Assembly (NCBI RefSeq): GCF_000009965.1
Contig: NC_006624.1
Coordinates: forward strand, 930,001-962,000
DNA: 32,000 nucleotides
Source of the DNA: Thermococcus kodakarensis KOD1
Lineage (GTDB): Archaea > Methanobacteriota_B > Thermococci > Thermococcales > Thermococcaceae
Reading direction: 5' to 3'
Below the pieces are notes generated by a model. That model was not told where the DNA came from. It ran no database searches and worked only from the letters and a program-made list of their open reading frames with translations. The translations under genes and the position numbers were made by a program. Below, piece after piece: positions 13,835 through 26,336 of the stretch. Within the stretch, counting starts at the first letter, position 1. Every line of letters begins with the position of its first letter.

Positions 13835-14482
13835 TCAGCGTGAGGACTGGGCGATCCTCTCGATCTCTTCCTTCTTGCTGTAGGCGAAGCTCTTCGGGTC
13901 CTTGTTGGCTGCAGCTATTATTTCCTCGGCGAGGGCCTGGGCGTAGGTGGTCTTGTTCCTGTAGCACTTTATGCTGGCGCCAAGGGCGATGTTCTTGAGG
14001 GCTATGTCGAGCCTCCTGAGCGGGGAGACGTCAACGGACATGTGGTAGCGGATTCCACCGAAGGCGATGGTTGTAGTGTCCTCCCTCGGGGCGGAGTTCT
14101 CGATGGCCTTGACGAGAACCTGGATCGGGTTCTGCTTGGTTCTCCTCTCGATGATCATGAAGGCCTCCTTGACGACCTCGTAGGCCTTCATCTTCTTGCT
14201 CATTATCGAGCGGTGCTCACGCCTCATGAAGTGACCGCCGGCCTTGTAGTGGCTGGCACCGCTCCTCATGACCTTGTTGATCAGGCGCTCAACGATGTGG
14301 ACGTTGGCCTTTCCAAAGGGCTTCTTGGCGTACCTTCCGTGGCTGTGGGGGAGAATCCTGGCGTCAAGGTTGATGTAGGGCTTGAGTGATGGATCTTCGA
14401 CGGTAACGTCCTCAACGCTCCACCTGCCCATGACCTTGACTTCCTTCGGGATGAAGAACCTCTCGGTAAGCGGCTTGGCCAT
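13835..14482 (-). CDS. rps7: 30S ribosomal protein S7 (uS7)
   Basis: 215 aa; ...[19 protein letters not shown]...[12 protein letters not shown]... Confidence 0.97.
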
Positions 14483-14487
14483 TCACT

Positions 14488-14931
14488 TCACCTCCTCGGC
14501 TTCTCCTTCCTTCCCTTGACGAGCTCCTTGAGGGAGACCCTGTTGACCTTGACGACCTTGTACCTGATTCCCGGAATATCACCCATGGAACCACCCTTTG
14601 GACCACCGATGCCCTCTATGATGACCTCGTCGTGCTCATCGATGTGGTTGATAGCACCGTCACCGGGGGTGAAAGCTGTAACGACCTTACCGTTCTTAAT
14701 GAGCTGAACCCTGACAGCCTTACGCATAGCCGAGTTGGGCTGCTTAGCCTCGACTGCTATCTTCTCAAGGACGATACCTCTGGCCTGCGGAGCACCTTCA
14801 AGCGGGTCGCTCTTCTCCTTAAGGCGGAGGACTCTCCTCTTGTAGCGGATGTCGCTCCAGCGGAACTTCTTTCTCTTAAGTTTGAGCTTCCTTCCAGCGA
14901 ACTCTCCATACGGGGCCTTCTTACCAGCCAT
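14488..14931 (-). CDS. rps12: 30S ribosomal protein S12 (uS12)
   Basis: [27 protein letters not shown]...[20 protein letters not shown]... Start ATG 14931 is preferred to 14940. Confidence 0.97.
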
Positions 14932-14941
14932 GATCATCACC

Positions 14942-15687
<746 letters not shown>

Positions 15688-15700
15688 TCACTACACCTCC

Positions 15701-16876
15701 CTACTCCCTTTTCGGTCTCAGGGGGAGACTCATGGCCAGCTTGACGATTCCCGTACCGACTGGCACGGGCTGGCCTATGAGGACGTTCTCAACCACACCG
15801 TTGAGAGGATCCACCTCTCCCCTCTCAGCCGCGGCAAACAGGTGCTGGGTGGTTATCTCGAAGGCGGCCCTAGCTAAGACGCTCGCCTTCTCACCAACTA
15901 TACCGTGCCTACCGATTGGTCTTATGACGCCGTCGAGCGTCATCATATCGGCGACGAGCATGATGTGCCTGACATCAACCTCGAGACCCTGCTCGCGCAT
16001 CGTGCTGACGATTTCGTCTATGATGGCGTTTCTGGCAGCCTCAATGCCGAGCACTTCTGCGATCTCCCAGATATTGTTGGTCCTCGTCCTCGTTGGGTCA
16101 ACGCCTGGAACCTTGAGGACCTGCTTGAAGTTCGAGCCCTCGGTGTATATCACGTACTCGTCGCCTTCCTTCCTTATGATGGTCTTCCCAACGCCAGAGA
16201 GACCCTTAAGGCGGTGCTTTTTAACCTTTTCGGCAATCTTTCTCAGGTCGGAGAGCTTCGTTACCTTCTTGGGCCTCACGACGAGCGTGTACCCTTCAGC
16301 TTCGAACTCAGCGCTCTTGAATGAGCCAGTGAGCTTCCTTACAACCTTCTCCATGTCGAGGCCGGCCTTCTCCAGCCTCTCGGGGTCGATCTCGACCACG
16401 TACTCCATGTTGAGTATGTCTATCGTCTCCTCCCTGGCCAGGTTCTCAAGGGTCGTTCCCTCAATCCTCCTGGCGACCTCAAGGGCCTTGTCCCTGTCGT
16501 AGCGGTGCTCCTCGTCAAGGTAAACGGTCATGATCGGCGTTGAAGGGTTCTTTCTGGCATCAACAATCTCGATGATTCTCGGGAGACCGAGGGTAACGTT
16601 GATCTCAGCGACACCCGCGTAGTGGAAGGTGTTGAGGGTCATCTGGGTCGAAGGCTCACCTATGGACTGGGCCGCCACCGTTCCGACGGCCTCTCCTGGT
16701 TCTATGAGGGCTTTCTGGTATTCCCTGACTGTCTCGTCTATTATCGCCTGAATCTCGTCCTTCTTGAGCTTGTACTTCTCGTTATACTCGATAAGCTTAG
16801 CGTAGAGCTCTTCCTTGATGTTGTCCGGGAGCTCTGCCTTGCTGACCATGCTCTTGATGGTCTTCTCTGCGACCAT
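15701..16876 (-). CDS. rpoA2: DNA-directed RNA polymerase subunit A'' (Rpo1C)
   Basis: ...[29 protein letters not shown]... ATG 16876 lies 5 nt after GGAGGTGA. The track's GTG 16885 lies inside that Shine-Dalgarno sequence. Confidence 0.97.
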   Translation of the reverse strand: MVAEKTIKSMVSKAELPDNIKEELYAKLIEYNEKYKLKKDEIQAIIDETVREYQKALIEPGEAVGTVAAQSIGEPSTQMTLNTFHYAGVAEINVTLGLPRIIEIVDARKNPSTPIMTVYLDEEHRYDRDKALEVARRIEGTTLENLAREETIDILNMEYVVEIDPERLEKAGLDMEKVVRKLTGSFKSAEFEAEGYTLVVRPKKVTKLSDLRKIAEKVKKHRLKGLSGVGKTIIRKEGDEYVIYTEGSNFKQVLKVPGVDPTRTRTNNIWEIAEVLGIEAARNAIIDEIVSTMREQGLEVDVRHIMLVADMMTLDGVIRPIGRHGIVGEKASVLARAAFEITTQHLFAAAERGEVDPLNGVVENVLIGQPVPVGTGIVKLAMSLPLRPKRE

Positions 16877-16877
16877 T

Positions 16878-19598
16878 TCACTCACCTCCTCCCCTCATCT
16901 TAAGCAGGGTTCTCACGATGACCCTATCAACATCAACGGTCTTGCCCTGCCAGCTCTTCATCGGGTCAACGCCGTCCTCACCGTACTTAAACTGAACGAT
17001 GATTCCCGTTGGGTCCCTCACCGTTCCGTCGTAGTCCACCTTGAGGTCCTGGAGGGCGTTTATGAGCCTCCTCTGCATGTAACCGCTCTGGGCAGTTCTA
17101 ACTGCAGTATCAACGAGACCTTCCCTACCACCCATGGCGTGGAAGAAGTACTCCTGCGGTGTTAGACCGCTCTTATATGAGTTCGTGACGAATCCCCTTG
17201 CCCTAGCACCGAGGTCACCTGGCTTGAAGTGAGTGAGAACTCTTCCGCGGTAGCCGCGGTAGAGACGCTTTCCACGAATGGACTGCTGACCGAGCATTGC
17301 CGCCATCTGGGTAATGTTGAGTATCTTACCCCTAGCTCCGGTCTTGGCCATGATAACCGCGTGGTTATTCATACCGAGGTAGCGCTCGGCGACCTTACCG
17401 GCGTTGTCACGGGCCTCGGCGAGGACTGCCATAATCTTGCTCTCAAGGGTCTCCTCAAGGGTTTTACCTGGCAGAGGCTCAAGCTCTCCCCTCTTGTAGG
17501 CCTCTATGAGTCTCTGGACCTTCTCCTCCGCCTCGCGGATAATCTCGTGTATCCTGTCTATTGCTTCCTGCGGAAGGTCTTCGTCGTCAATTGCAGTGGT
17601 GAAGCCCTTGTGGGTTATTACCCAGATGGTCAGCTTGGTAACCTGGTCGAGGAACTGCCTGGCCCTCTCGACGCCGTACTCCCTGACTATGATGTCGAGG
17701 AGCTTTCCATCCTCCCTTCCGTAGGCCTTCTTGTCTACCGCTCCGCTCAGGAGCTTTCCGTTCTGAATGTAGACGAAACCGTCGTAGGCAAGCTTTCTCA
17801 CTTCCTCCGGGTCGGGGATGAGCTTCTCCTCGATGAGCTTTTCAAGGGCCTCACACCTTTCAGGCTCGTCGCAGAGCTTGTTCCTGTACCAGATCGTCAG
17901 GTCGTCCGGAAGGAGGAGAGAGAATATCGTCTTTCCGCTCCAGAGCGGCTCACCGTTCTCGTACTTGTCAGGTTCGGGCAGTTCGTTAACGTCCATGCCT
18001 GCGAACATGAGCATCTGCTCGACCTCATAGCGGGTGAAGTAGGCGCCCTCCCTGGTGAGGAGGTAGCCTCCAGAGATGTGGTCCTGAATTCCCGCGATGA
18101 GCGGACCACCGTACCTCGGGGAAATGATGTGGTTCTGAACTTCCATGAGTATCTTGGCTTCTGCCTGCGCCTCCTCAGTCTGCGGGACGTGGAGGTTCAT
18201 CTCGTCACCGTCGAAGTCAGCGTTGTACGGCGGACAGACTGGCAGGTTGAGGCGGAAGGTCCTGTATGGCATTACCCTGACGCGGTGGGCCATGATGGAC
18301 ATCCTGTGGAGCGATGGCTGACGGTTGAAGAGAACAACGTCACCGTCCTCAAGGTGTCTCTCAACGGTCCAACCGATGTCGAGCTTCTCCGCTATAAGCT
18401 CGCGGTTGCTCTCCATCAGGCGAATTCTCCTTCCCTCAGGATCAATAACGTAGTTGGCACCAGGATACTTCTCGGGCCCGTTGAGAACCCTCTGCTTGAG
18501 CTTCTCGTAGTTGAACTCGGTGACCTTCTCGGGGACGGTGAGCTCCATGGCGACCGCGAGAGGTACGCCGACCTCGTTGATGCTTATCATCGGGTCGGGA
18601 CTGATGACTGTACGGGCGGAGAAGTTGACACGCTTACCGCTGAGGTTTCCACGGAAGCGACCCTCCTTACCCTTGAGACGCTGGGCGAGGGTCTTAAGCG
18701 GCCTTCCGCTCTTGTGCTTCGCAGGTGGAACGCCAGAGGTCTCGTTGTTGATGTAGGTAGTGACGTGGTACTGGAGGAGGTCCCAGAGGTCTTCGATAAT
18801 CAGCTGCGGTGCTCCTGCCTCGATGTTGGACTTGAGGCGGTTGTTGATACGGATGATGTCGACGAGCTTGTGGGTGAGGTCGTCCTCGGCGCGGATGCCG
18901 CTTTCGAGCGTGATTGAGGGCCTCATAGTAACGGGCGGGACTGGAAGGACGGTGAGAACCATCCATTCGGGCCTGGACTTCTCGGGGTGGAGTCCGAGGA
19001 GAGGCAGGTCCTTGTCGGGTATCTTCTCGAGCCTATCGCGGACCTCACTCGGCATCATCCTGTGCTTGTACTCGTTGCCCTCCTCGTCCTTCCTGAGCTC
19101 CCAGTAGATAGTCGGCCTCTCGAACTTGATGGGGAACTGCGGTGCTCCACAGTGCGGGCAGACCATTCTCTCCTTGGCCTTCTTGTGAATCTCCTTAATG
19201 AGCTTGTCAACGGCCCCTTTCCTGTCGCCCATTACCTCGAACTTCTGCATGTACTCCTCTATCTCCTCGTCGGTGAGCTTTATCCTTCCGCACTCGCGGC
19301 ACGTGCTCTCCAGGACGCGATGGATGGTCTTGGCAAAGCCGACGTGAATAACCGGTCTTGCGAGCTCAATGTGGCCGAAGTGACCCGGACACTCACCTGC
19401 CCTTGCTCCACATGTCTCACAGCGGAGACCTGGGTCGATGACGCCAAGGCGCTTGTCCATCAGTCCGCCTTCTATCGGGTAACCGTCATCGTCGTAGGTA
19501 TCCGGAACGGTTATCTCGGCGGCACTCATCTTTCTGATTTCCTGAGGTGAGAGGATACCGAACTCAATACTCCCGATGACCTTTTTCATCGACTGCAT
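16878..19598 (-). CDS. rpoA1: DNA-directed RNA polymerase subunit A' (Rpo1N)
   Basis: [25 protein letters not shown]...; the catalytic [10 protein letters not shown] is present, as are the Zn motifs [14 protein letters not shown]. Confidence 0.97.
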   Translation of the reverse strand: MQSMKKVIGSIEFGILSPQEIRKMSAAEITVPDTYDDDGYPIEGGLMDKRLGVIDPGLRCETCGARAGECPGHFGHIELARPVIHVGFAKTIHRVLESTCRECGRIKLTDEEIEEYMQKFEVMGDRKGAVDKLIKEIHKKAKERMVCPHCGAPQFPIKFERPTIYWELRKDEEGNEYKHRMMPSEVRDRLEKIPDKDLPLLGLHPEKSRPEWMVLTVLPVPPVTMRPSITLESGIRAEDDLTHKLVDIIRINNRLKSNIEAGAPQLIIEDLWDLLQYHVTTYINNETSGVPPAKHKSGRPLKTLAQRLKGKEGRFRGNLSGKRVNFSARTVISPDPMISINEVGVPLAVAMELTVPEKVTEFNYEKLKQRVLNGPEKYPGANYVIDPEGRRIRLMESNRELIAEKLDIGWTVERHLEDGDVVLFNRQPSLHRMSIMAHRVRVMPYRTFRLNLPVCPPYNADFDGDEMNLHVPQTEEAQAEAKILMEVQNHIISPRYGGPLIAGIQDHISGGYLLTREGAYFTRYEVEQMLMFAGMDVNELPEPDKYENGEPLWSGKTIFSLLLPDDLTIWYRNKLCDEPERCEALEKLIEEKLIPDPEEVRKLAYDGFVYIQNGKLLSGAVDKKAYGREDGKLLDIIVREYGVERARQFLDQVTKLTIWVITHKGFTTAIDDEDLPQEAIDRIHEIIREAEEKVQRLIEAYKRGELEPLPGKTLEETLESKIMAVLAEARDNAGKVAERYLGMNNHAVIMAKTGARGKILNITQMAAMLGQQSIRGKRLYRGYRGRVLTHFKPGDLGARARGFVTNSYKSGLTPQEYFFHAMGGREGLVDTAVRTAQSGYMQRRLINALQDLKVDYDGTVRDPTGIIVQFKYGEDGVDPMKSWQGKTVDVDRVIVRTLLKMRGGGE

Positions 19599-19603
19599 GG
19601 CTC

Positions 19604-22600
19604 TCACACCCTATCCTTCAGCCTGAGAGACGGCCTAATAACCATCGCCTTCAGCTCATCCAGCAACAGTTTGAAGGCGTAGCTCATCTCGACCTTGCTT
19701 ATCCTCTCGTCCTCACCACAGACAGGGCAGTAGACTTTTCCTCTGCGCTTGTCCTCTAGTGCGAGGTGTCCACAGCTCTCACAGACCCAGACCTCTGTCT
19801 TGTCGCTTTCCTCAAGGAGACGCTCGATGAGCAGCATGGCAGCGCCGTGGCCGATGAGGACGTCACGCTCCATCTCACCGAACCTGAGACCGCCTTCCCT
19901 GGCCCTTCCCTCGGTCGGCTGCTTGGTGAGAACCTGAACCGGACCCCTGCTTCTCGCGTGCATCTTGTCCGCTACCATGTGGTGGAGCCTCTGGTAGTAG
20001 ATGACGCCGATGAAGATGTCCGCCTCAAGTCTTCTTCCGGTTATGCCGTCGTACATAATTTCTCTTCCGCTGTGCTTGAAGCCGAGCTCCTCAAGCTCCT
20101 TCCTGAGCTTCTCCTCAGGCTCTCCGATGAAGGCAGTACCGTCAACGCGCCTGCCCGTTAGTGAAGCTACCTTTCCACCTATGGCCTCAATCAGCTGTCC
20201 GACGGTCATACGGCTCGGGATACCGTGCGGGTTGACGATGAGGTCTGGAACGATTCCGCTCTCGGTCCAGGGCATATCCTCCTGCGGGACGATGAGACCT
20301 ATGACACCCTTCTGACCGTGCCTTGATGCGAACTTGTCACCCAGCTCAGGTATGCGGAGGTCTCTCACGGTGACCTTGACCAGCTTCGTTCCGTCGCCGG
20401 TCTCGGTGACTATGACCTTGTCAACCACACCCTTCTCGCTCGGCCTGACGGTGACGCTCGTTTCCCTCCTTCCCTGGAGAACCATTGAGCCGAGGCTGCT
20501 CTGCTCCTCAATGAACCTCGGCGGGGAGGTCCTTCCAACGAGGACGTCCTTGCCCTCGACCTTTGACTCGGGGAAGATGAGACCGTCCTCGTCGAGGTGG
20601 CGGTAGTACTTCTCGCCGAGATATCCCTGGATGTTCGGTGACGGAACCTCGAAGTTGTCCTTCTGACCACCGAGGTAGCGCTTCTCCTCGGCCTCGTAGG
20701 TTCTGAAGAAGGTTGACCTCGCCAGTCCGCGCTCTATCGAGGCCTTGTTAATGATGACGGCATCCTCCATGTTGTATCCGTGGTAGCTGAGGACAGCCAC
20801 CACGAAGTTCTGACCAGCGGGCCTGTCCTCGAATCCAACGGCCTTCATTATCCTCGAGTTGACGAGCGGAACCTGCGGGTAGTGCATGAGGTGACCGCGG
20901 GTGTCAACTCTGATCCTGAAGTTGGCCCAGCCGAGACCGAGGCTCTGCTTGGCCATACCCGCTCCGTAGGTGTTACGCGGGGCGGCGTTGTGCTCCGGAT
21001 ACGGGACGAGTGAAGCGGGGATACCGAGGATGGCAGCGGGCATGAGCTCGAGGTGAGTGTGCTCCTCGGTCACTTCCCAGGGCCAGGTTGCCACGTAGGC
21101 GTTCTCCTCTTCCTCAGCGTCGAGGTACTCGATGACGCCCATTCTGATGAGGTCGCTCCAGGTAAGGGTGCCGTTCTTTATGCCCTCAACGTGCTCCCTC
21201 GTGAGCTTTGGCTTTCCGTTCTCGACGACGATGAGGGGTCTTCTCACCCTACCGTCATCGCTGTTTATGTAGACTTCCTTGACTTCCTCGTCCTCGTAGA
21301 GGGCAACGTTGATGACGTCGCTTATCTTTCCAGCCCTTCTATCGGCCCTTATCCTCTCAACAAGCTTTCTGCCGTCTTCAACAGTTCCAATAAGGACACC
21401 GTTAAGGTAAACGCGATACAGGCCAGGCGCGGGCCTTCTCTCCTCTATGGGGACTACGCCCATCTTCATTAGGTATTCCCTAACTTCCCTCTCGGGAATT
21501 CCTGTGGTTATCTGGGACATGAGGGCAAGGTTCTTAACGAGACCACAGTTCGGACCTTCTGGAGTCTCTGTCGGACAGATTCTACCCCAGTGGGTTCCGT
21601 GAAGGTCACGGGCCTCGAAGTGCGGCTGATCCCTGCTGAGCGGGGAGGTAACGCGCCTGAGGTGTGAAAGGGTTGACATGTAGTTGGTCCTGTCGAGGAG
21701 CTGGCTGACACCCGTCCTTCCGCCCGGCCAGGAGCCGGTAGCCAATGCGTGTTCAATCCTCTCGCTCAGGACGTCGGGCCTTATGGAGTTCCTGACAAAG
21801 CGCTGGATGTTCTCAAAGGTGTACCTCTCGCCCTTCCTCTGGTAGGTCTTGGTCATCTGGTACTGCATGTCCTTGACGAGCTGACCAAAGGCGACGCGGA
21901 AGAGGTCTTTGAGGAGGTCTCCAGCGAGCTTGAGCCTCTTGTTGGCGTAGTGGTCCTTATCGTCTTCACCGCGGAGACCAAGTGAAAGTTCGAGAACCTT
22001 GAGGGCCATCATGCCGAGATAGTAGGCTTTGGCGCGCCTGTTTTCGGGATCAACACCCATATGGGGGAGAAGGTTGTTGTCTATGATGTGCTCGGCCCTC
22101 CTGAGCCTGTACTCCTTGGGTTGTCCTGGGAGGGCGAGCCTGCCGATGTAGTCAAGGGCCTCCTCCTGGGTGCTTATGTCGCTCGCGTCCTCGAGGTTGT
22201 CAAAGAGTACCTGCTGTATCCTCGGGTCGTCGCTGACTGCCTCGACTATCTCCTTATCTGTGAGGAGACCGAGGGCGCGCATCACATAGACGAACTTGAC
22301 AGGCTTTGGAACGTTGGGTATCGTAACGTAGAGAATGCCGTCCTTCTTTCTTTCAACGGTAATGAGCGCTCTGTAACCGTGTCTGTACGAGAAGACCTTG
22401 GCAACAACCTTGTTCTGTCTCTCATCCCTCTCAACGAGGGTCTTGTTCGGGGCGAGGTCTTCGATAGAAACTATAACCCTCTCAGAACCGTTGATGATGA
22501 AGTATCCTCCAGGGTCCTTCGGGTCCTCGCCGAGCTTGATGAGTTCCTCGTCGCTCAAACCGTAGAGCCTGCAGGCCTTGGACTTGAGCATTATCGGGAG

Positions 22601-22975
22601 CTCTCCAATCCTGACCTCGACGGGCTCCTGCTCAATCCCGTTCACGACGGGTATCATCTCAAGGTAGAGCGGGGCGGAATATGTCAAGTTCCTTATCCTG
22701 GCGTCCATCGGGTAGAGGGGTCTCCTCTGGCCCTGGGCCTCCTGGAACTCGGGCTGTCCTATGCGGATCTTCCCGAACTTGACCTTGAAGTTCGGTATGT
22801 CTGGAACGACTTCCCCGAACTCGTTTACAACATCCTGAAGGCCGTGATCGATGAAAGCGTTGTACGAGTCAAGATGCTGCCTGACGAATCCCTTCTCCTT
22901 CCAGTAGGACTCCATAACAAGCCAGAGCTCATCAGGAGTTAGAGTGGGCTCGGTTACGGTAACTCCCCTGCTCAT
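19604..22975 (-). CDS. rpoB: DNA-directed RNA polymerase subunit B (Rpo2, unsplit)
   Basis: 1123 aa; ...[13 protein letters not shown]..., ...LRFGEMERD..., and a C-terminal Zn ribbon CESCG...CPVCG. Confidence 0.98.
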   Translation of the reverse strand: MSRGVTVTEPTLTPDELWLVMESYWKEKGFVRQHLDSYNAFIDHGLQDVVNEFGEVVPDIPNFKVKFGKIRIGQPEFQEAQGQRRPLYPMDARIRNLTYSAPLYLEMIPVVNGIEQEPVEVRIGELPIMLKSKACRLYGLSDEELIKLGEDPKDPGGYFIINGSERVIVSIEDLAPNKTLVERDERQNKVVAKVFSYRHGYRALITVERKKDGILYVTIPNVPKPVKFVYVMRALGLLTDKEIVEAVSDDPRIQQVLFDNLEDASDISTQEEALDYIGRLALPGQPKEYRLRRAEHIIDNNLLPHMGVDPENRRAKAYYLGMMALKVLELSLGLRGEDDKDHYANKRLKLAGDLLKDLFRVAFGQLVKDMQYQMTKTYQRKGERYTFENIQRFVRNSIRPDVLSERIEHALATGSWPGGRTGVSQLLDRTNYMSTLSHLRRVTSPLSRDQPHFEARDLHGTHWGRICPTETPEGPNCGLVKNLALMSQITTGIPEREVREYLMKMGVVPIEERRPAPGLYRVYLNGVLIGTVEDGRKLVERIRADRRAGKISDVINVALYEDEEVKEVYINSDDGRVRRPLIVVENGKPKLTREHVEGIKNGTLTWSDLIRMGVIEYLDAEEEENAYVATWPWEVTEEHTHLELMPAAILGIPASLVPYPEHNAAPRNTYGAGMAKQSLGLGWANFRIRVDTRGHLMHYPQVPLVNSRIMKAVGFEDRPAGQNFVVAVLSYHGYNMEDAVIINKASIERGLARSTFFRTYEAEEKRYLGGQKDNFEVPSPNIQGYLGEKYYRHLDEDGLIFPESKVEGKDVLVGRTSPPRFIEEQSSLGSMVLQGRRETSVTVRPSEKGVVDKVIVTETGDGTKLVKVTVRDLRIPELGDKFASRHGQKGVIGLIVPQEDMPWTESGIVPDLIVNPHGIPSRMTVGQLIEAIGGKVASLTGRRVDGTAFIGEPEEKLRKELEELGFKHSGREIMYDGITGRRLEADIFIGVIYYQRLHHMVADKMHARSRGPVQVLTKQPTEGRAREGGLRFGEMERDVLIGHGAAMLLIERLLEESDKTEVWVCESCGHLALEDKRRGKVYCPVCGEDERISKVEMSYAFKLLLDELKAMVIRPSLRLKDRV

Positions 22976-22992
22976 AACGTCTCACCCCAAAA

Positions 22993-23241
22993 TCAGTCCT
23001 CCACAACAAGGCGGTAGTAGTAATAATAGCCCGCCGTGGGACTCTTTCTTTTGATCTCAATAACGTCGCCAGGCTTTGCGCCGAGAGCAACGACGGCAGG
23101 ATCAGAGGCCTTTATCTGCGGGAGCTGGGATATCCTTATCCTGTACTTCTTGAGAAGCTCCTCTTTCTCCTCTTCGCTGAGGATTCTATGCTCGGGAACT
23201 AACACGTGATCGAATATGTTAAACTCTTTTTTCGCCGCCAC
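22993..23241 (-). CDS. rpoH: DNA-directed RNA polymerase subunit H (Rpo5)
   Basis: 82 aa; ...[44 protein letters not shown]... GTG start; first gene of the operon. Confidence 0.93.
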   Translation of the reverse strand: MAAKKEFNIFDHVLVPEHRILSEEEKEELLKKYRIRISQLPQIKASDPAVVALGAKPGDVIEIKRKSPTAGYYYYYRLVVED

Positions 23242-23302
23242 CGAGAATTGCCCCCTTAACGTTTTTTACAGAACGATTCACTACCCCCCACCTGAGACTT
23301 CC

Positions 23303-23311
23303 TATATATAA
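23303..23311 (-). promoter_or_regulatory. TATA box of the rpoH-rpoB-rpoA operon
   Basis: The minus strand reads CTTATATATAGG, 62-70 nt upstream of the rpoH GTG. It is the only strong AT-rich box in the spacer on that strand near the gene. Confidence 0.45.
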
Positions 23312-23439
23312 GCTTTTCGAGTGGTATCTGGATGAAAGAGGTTTATATCGGTTGCGCAAAGTTTAAGAACCCTTGTGAGGCCGTTTTGAGTCCCATGATG
23401 GACTAAAGTGTACATAAGGGAAGATATAAAGGGAAGAAA

Positions 23440-24120
23440 TCACTCGAGGGCAGCGAGGAGCTTCTCAAGGAACATCTTCTCGGGATAAGCTCCCTCAAAC
23501 TGAACCTTGTCCTCGCCGTCCACCTGAATGACTATCTTCGGGACGGCCATGACGCTGTACTGGTCGGCCCACTCGGGGTACTCTATCGCCTCGACCATGT
23601 CGCCGAGTATCTTGCCCTTTCCGGCAAGGGTGTTCTCGATGGCGAACTTGTGGGCCATCCTGACCGCGAGCGGGCAGTACGGGCAGGTCGGAGTAACGAA
23701 GACGAGTATCCTGACGTCCTTATCAACACCGTGGATTGCCTCCTTGGTGTCCGGAGCGAGGTCGGTTGTGCCGTTGCTGACGTCAACGATGTCCTCAAGG
23801 AAGGCTCCGAACTCGTGGCCGGCTGGAAGGCCGAAGTACCTGACGCCCATGTCCTTGCCGTCCTGGGTTATGGTGGTGGCGGGAGCGCGGTCGATCCTGT
23901 ACTGCTCGGCCAGCTTCTTGCCCTCCTCAGTGTCGAAGTCAACGACCTCGTAGCTCAGCTTGTCGGTGAGCTCGGAAAGCTCCTGGACGAGCTGCTTGAG
24001 CTGGTCGCAGTACTGGCAGTGCTCCTTCCCGACGAATACTATGAGCTTGACCGGGTTAGTCATCTTTGAGAAGAACTCCTCCTTAATTACCTTCTTGTCA
24101 GCATCGCTAATGAGTCCCAT
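23440..24120 (-). CDS. pdo: Protein disulfide oxidoreductase (two thioredoxin folds; CQYC and CPYC sites)
   Basis: MGLISDADKKVIKEEFFSKM...HCQYCDQLKQL...TPTCPYCPLAVRMAHKFA... is near-identical to my recollection of P. furiosus PDO. Start 24120 is preferred to 24135. Confidence 0.95.
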   Translation of the reverse strand: MGLISDADKKVIKEEFFSKMTNPVKLIVFVGKEHCQYCDQLKQLVQELSELTDKLSYEVVDFDTEEGKKLAEQYRIDRAPATTITQDGKDMGVRYFGLPAGHEFGAFLEDIVDVSNGTTDLAPDTKEAIHGVDKDVRILVFVTPTCPYCPLAVRMAHKFAIENTLAGKGKILGDMVEAIEYPEWADQYSVMAVPKIVIQVDGEDKVQFEGAYPEKMFLEKLLAALE

Positions 24121-24141
24121 ACCAAACACCTCCATCTAAAG

Positions 24142-24150
24142 GTTTATAAC
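24142..24150. promoter_or_regulatory. SurR half-site GTTtatAAC overlapping the pdo TATA box
   Basis: GTTTATAAC matches GTTn3AAC. Its reverse complement contains TTATAAA, centred about 26 nt upstream of pdo ATG 24120. Confidence 0.6.
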
Positions 24151-24187
24151 CAGCCGTGTGAAACCATCTTCAGCCTGGAATCCCCAG

Positions 24188-24204
24188 GTTTGCAACCTAA
24201 GGTT
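24188..24204. promoter_or_regulatory. Extended SurR box GTTtgcAACctaagGTT
   Basis: Exact match to the published extended SurR consensus GTTn3AACn5GTT. It lies immediately upstream of the surR TATA (TATATAAA, about 24215-24222). Confidence 0.65.
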
Positions 24205-24254
24205 GAATGTTCACTATATAAACCTTACGTCACAGATTTGGGCAGGTGTTGGCC

Positions 24255-24965
24255 ATGTCTGAACCAGACATCTTTTACATACTGGGGAACAAGGTGAGGA
24301 GAGATTTACTAAGCCACCTCACCTGTACTGAGTGCTACTTCAGCTTTCTCAGCAACAAGATGAGCGTTTCCTCGACGGCAGTCGCAAAGCACCTTAAAAT
24401 CATGGAGCGCGAAGGGATTTTGAAGTCCTACGAAAAAGAAGGCCCGTTTCTCGGACCAGCGAGGAAGTACTATAACATCGATATAGCCAAAACTTACGTC
24501 GCCACAATAACACCAAACATCTTCTGGTACCGCGGCCTTGACCTCGGCGACGAGAGGAGTGGAGAAGTGGAAATAAACCTCGACCTTCTGAAGGAGAATC
24601 CCGAGAGCCTTCTTGAGATGGTAGAGCTGTTTATGAGGGTAACCAAAGAGCTTGAGAAAGTTCTTGAAGCCCTTAGGGCTATCGAAAGCAGAAGGGACGA
24701 ACTCATGAAAACGATAAAGGACACTTACCTTAATGAGATCGGCGACATGACCCAGCTGGCGATCCTCCACTACGTTCTTCTGAATGGAAGGGCGACGGTA
24801 GATGAGCTCTCCGACAGGCTCAACCTGAAGGAGAGGGAAGTCCTGCAGAAGGCCGAAGAGCTGGACAGATTCGTACCGTTAAGAATAAAAGACGGCGTAA
24901 TTGAGATTGATGAGGAAAGGCTGAAGGCGAAGCTGGGTGGTGAAACCGATGCCGGAGAAGATTAA
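24255..24965 (+). CDS. surR: Redox-switch transcriptional regulator SurR (ArsR-like winged HTH with a CxxC)
   Basis: MSEPDIFYILGNKVRRDLLSHLTCTECYFSFLSNKMSVSSTAVAKHLKIMEREGIL... carries the CTEC motif within the wHTH domain and is divergent from pdo, as in Pyrococcus. Confidence 0.85.
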   Translation: MSEPDIFYILGNKVRRDLLSHLTCTECYFSFLSNKMSVSSTAVAKHLKIMEREGILKSYEKEGPFLGPARKYYNIDIAKTYVATITPNIFWYRGLDLGDERSGEVEINLDLLKENPESLLEMVELFMRVTKELEKVLEALRAIESRRDELMKTIKDTYLNEIGDMTQLAILHYVLLNGRATVDELSDRLNLKEREVLQKAEELDRFVPLRIKDGVIEIDEERLKAKLGGETDAGED

Positions 24966-25152
24966 AGTGGTCGTGAACGAAGATAGATGCTATCTCTGCG
25001 GCGGTTGTGCCGGTGTCTGCCCGACACTCGCGATAGAGGTGCACTCAACAGGCTGGGAGTTCCTTCAAGACAAGTGCATAAGCTGCAGGATATGCATCAA
25101 CGCCTGCCCCGTTGGAGCCCTGAGCGCTAAACCCCTGGAGGTGAGCGAATGA
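24949..25152 (+). CDS. 2x[4Fe-4S] ferredoxin-like protein partnered with geranylgeranyl reductase
   Basis: [12 protein letters not shown] and [12 protein letters not shown] motifs. It overlaps surR by 17 nt and the GGR start by 4 nt. Confidence 0.85.
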   Translation: MPEKIKVVVNEDRCYLCGGCAGVCPTLAIEVHSTGWEFLQDKCISCRICINACPVGALSAKPLEVSE

Positions 25153-26336
25153 CCTGGAAGTACGACGTCGTTGTTGTCGGTTCTGGTATCGCTGGCCCCA
25201 TAGTTGCCAGGAACGTCGCTAAAGCTGGTTTCTCCGTCCTTCTCATCGATAAGAAGTGGGCTATAGGTACTCCAAAGCAGTGCGCCGAGGCAATAAGCAT
25301 TAAGGTCTTCGACAAGTACGACATCCCCTACGACAAGCGCTTCATCAACCGCGAGATTTACGGTGCTAAGCTCTACTCCCCGAGCGGCTACGAGCTCGAA
25401 ATGCGCTACAAGGAAGTCAGCGGAGTGATCCTTGAGAGGAAGGTCTTCGACAAGATGCTAGCTTATTATGCAGCCAAAGCAGGCGCCGATGTTCTCGCGA
25501 GGACCGAGGCGCTCGATGTCATAAGAAAGGACGGCAAGATAGTTGGAATCAAAGCCAAGCATGAGGACGAGCCGGTCGAGATTTACGCCGATATCATAGT
25601 TGCGGCCGACGGCGTTGAGAGCACCATAGCGAGGAAAGCGGGCATAAACACCTACGCTCCGCCGCATGAGTTCGACTCAGGCTACGAGTACGAGATGCTC
25701 ATAGAGGGCTTTGATCCAGACTTGATTCATCTCTGGTTCGGCAACGAGGTTGCTCCCAGGGGCTACGTCTGGGTCTTCCCGAAGGACGAAGACAGGGCCA
25801 ACGTCGGCATTGGCATCAACTCGGACAATCCAAAGACAGCTAAATACTACCTCGACAAGTGGCTCGAGGAAAACAACATTCCAGCAAAGAAGCTCCTTGA
25901 AATAAATGTCGGACTCATACCCGTTGGAGGCTTTGTCAAAGAACTCGCTAAAGATAACGTGGTCGTTGTAGGGGATGCCGCTAGACAGGTAAACCCCATG
26001 CACGGCGGCGGAATGGCCGAGGCGATGGAGGCTGGGACGATAGCTAGCAAGTGGATTGTCAAGGCCCTCGAAGAGGAGAACCTCTCACTCCTCCAGAACT
26101 ACACAAAGGAGTGGTGGGAGACCGACGGAAAGCGGCTCGAAAAGGTTCTCAAGGTCAGGCGCGTTACCGAGAAGCTCACGGATGAGGACCTCGACCTCTT
26201 CATACAGATCCTCAGCGGTGCAGATGCCGAGAAGATAGCCAGCGGAGATTACGCCGAGGTCATCAAGGCCCTATTGAAGCACCCGAAGGTTCTGATGAGC
26301 AAGAGGAGGCTCAGCCTCCTCAAGGAGCTTCTTTAA
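25149..26336 (+). CDS. Digeranylgeranylglycerophospholipid (geranylgeranyl) reductase, FAD-dependent
   Basis: [16 protein letters not shown]-binding fold, ...[10 protein letters not shown]..., ...[18 protein letters not shown]... Confidence 0.92.
   Translation: MTWKYDVVVVGSGIAGPIVARNVAKAGFSVLLIDKKWAIGTPKQCAEAISIKVFDKYDIPYDKRFINREIYGAKLYSPSGYELEMRYKEVSGVILERKVFDKMLAYYAAKAGADVLARTEALDVIRKDGKIVGIKAKHEDEPVEIYADIIVAADGVESTIARKAGINTYAPPHEFDSGYEYEMLIEGFDPDLIHLWFGNEVAPRGYVWVFPKDEDRANVGIGINSDNPKTAKYYLDKWLEENNIPAKKLLEINVGLIPVGGFVKELAKDNVVVVGDAARQVNPMHGGGMAEAMEAGTIASKWIVKALEEENLSLLQNYTKEWWETDGKRLEKVLKVRRVTEKLTDEDLDLFIQILSGADAEKIASGDYAEVIKALLKHPKVLMSKRRLSLLKELL

Noticed and set aside
17229-18917. 562-aa plus-strand ORF
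   Set aside because: It is entirely antisense to rpoA'. Its composition is low-complexity and rich in L, V, G and E, which is typical of the shadow frame of a GC3-rich gene. It has no recognisable motifs.
22061-22942. 293-aa plus-strand ORF
   Set aside because: It is antisense to rpoB, so it is a shadow ORF. The same applies to the other plus-strand ORFs listed inside 15.7-23 kb.
23312-23439. Possible small RNA or peptide in the 198-nt rpoH-pdo spacer (TATA-like boxes at about 23338-23348 and 23420-23432, small hairpin AGTCC-catgat-GGACT)
   Set aside because: There are only 5-bp stems, no C/D or H/ACA boxes, and the ORFs are 17 aa or shorter. The evidence from sequence alone is insufficient.
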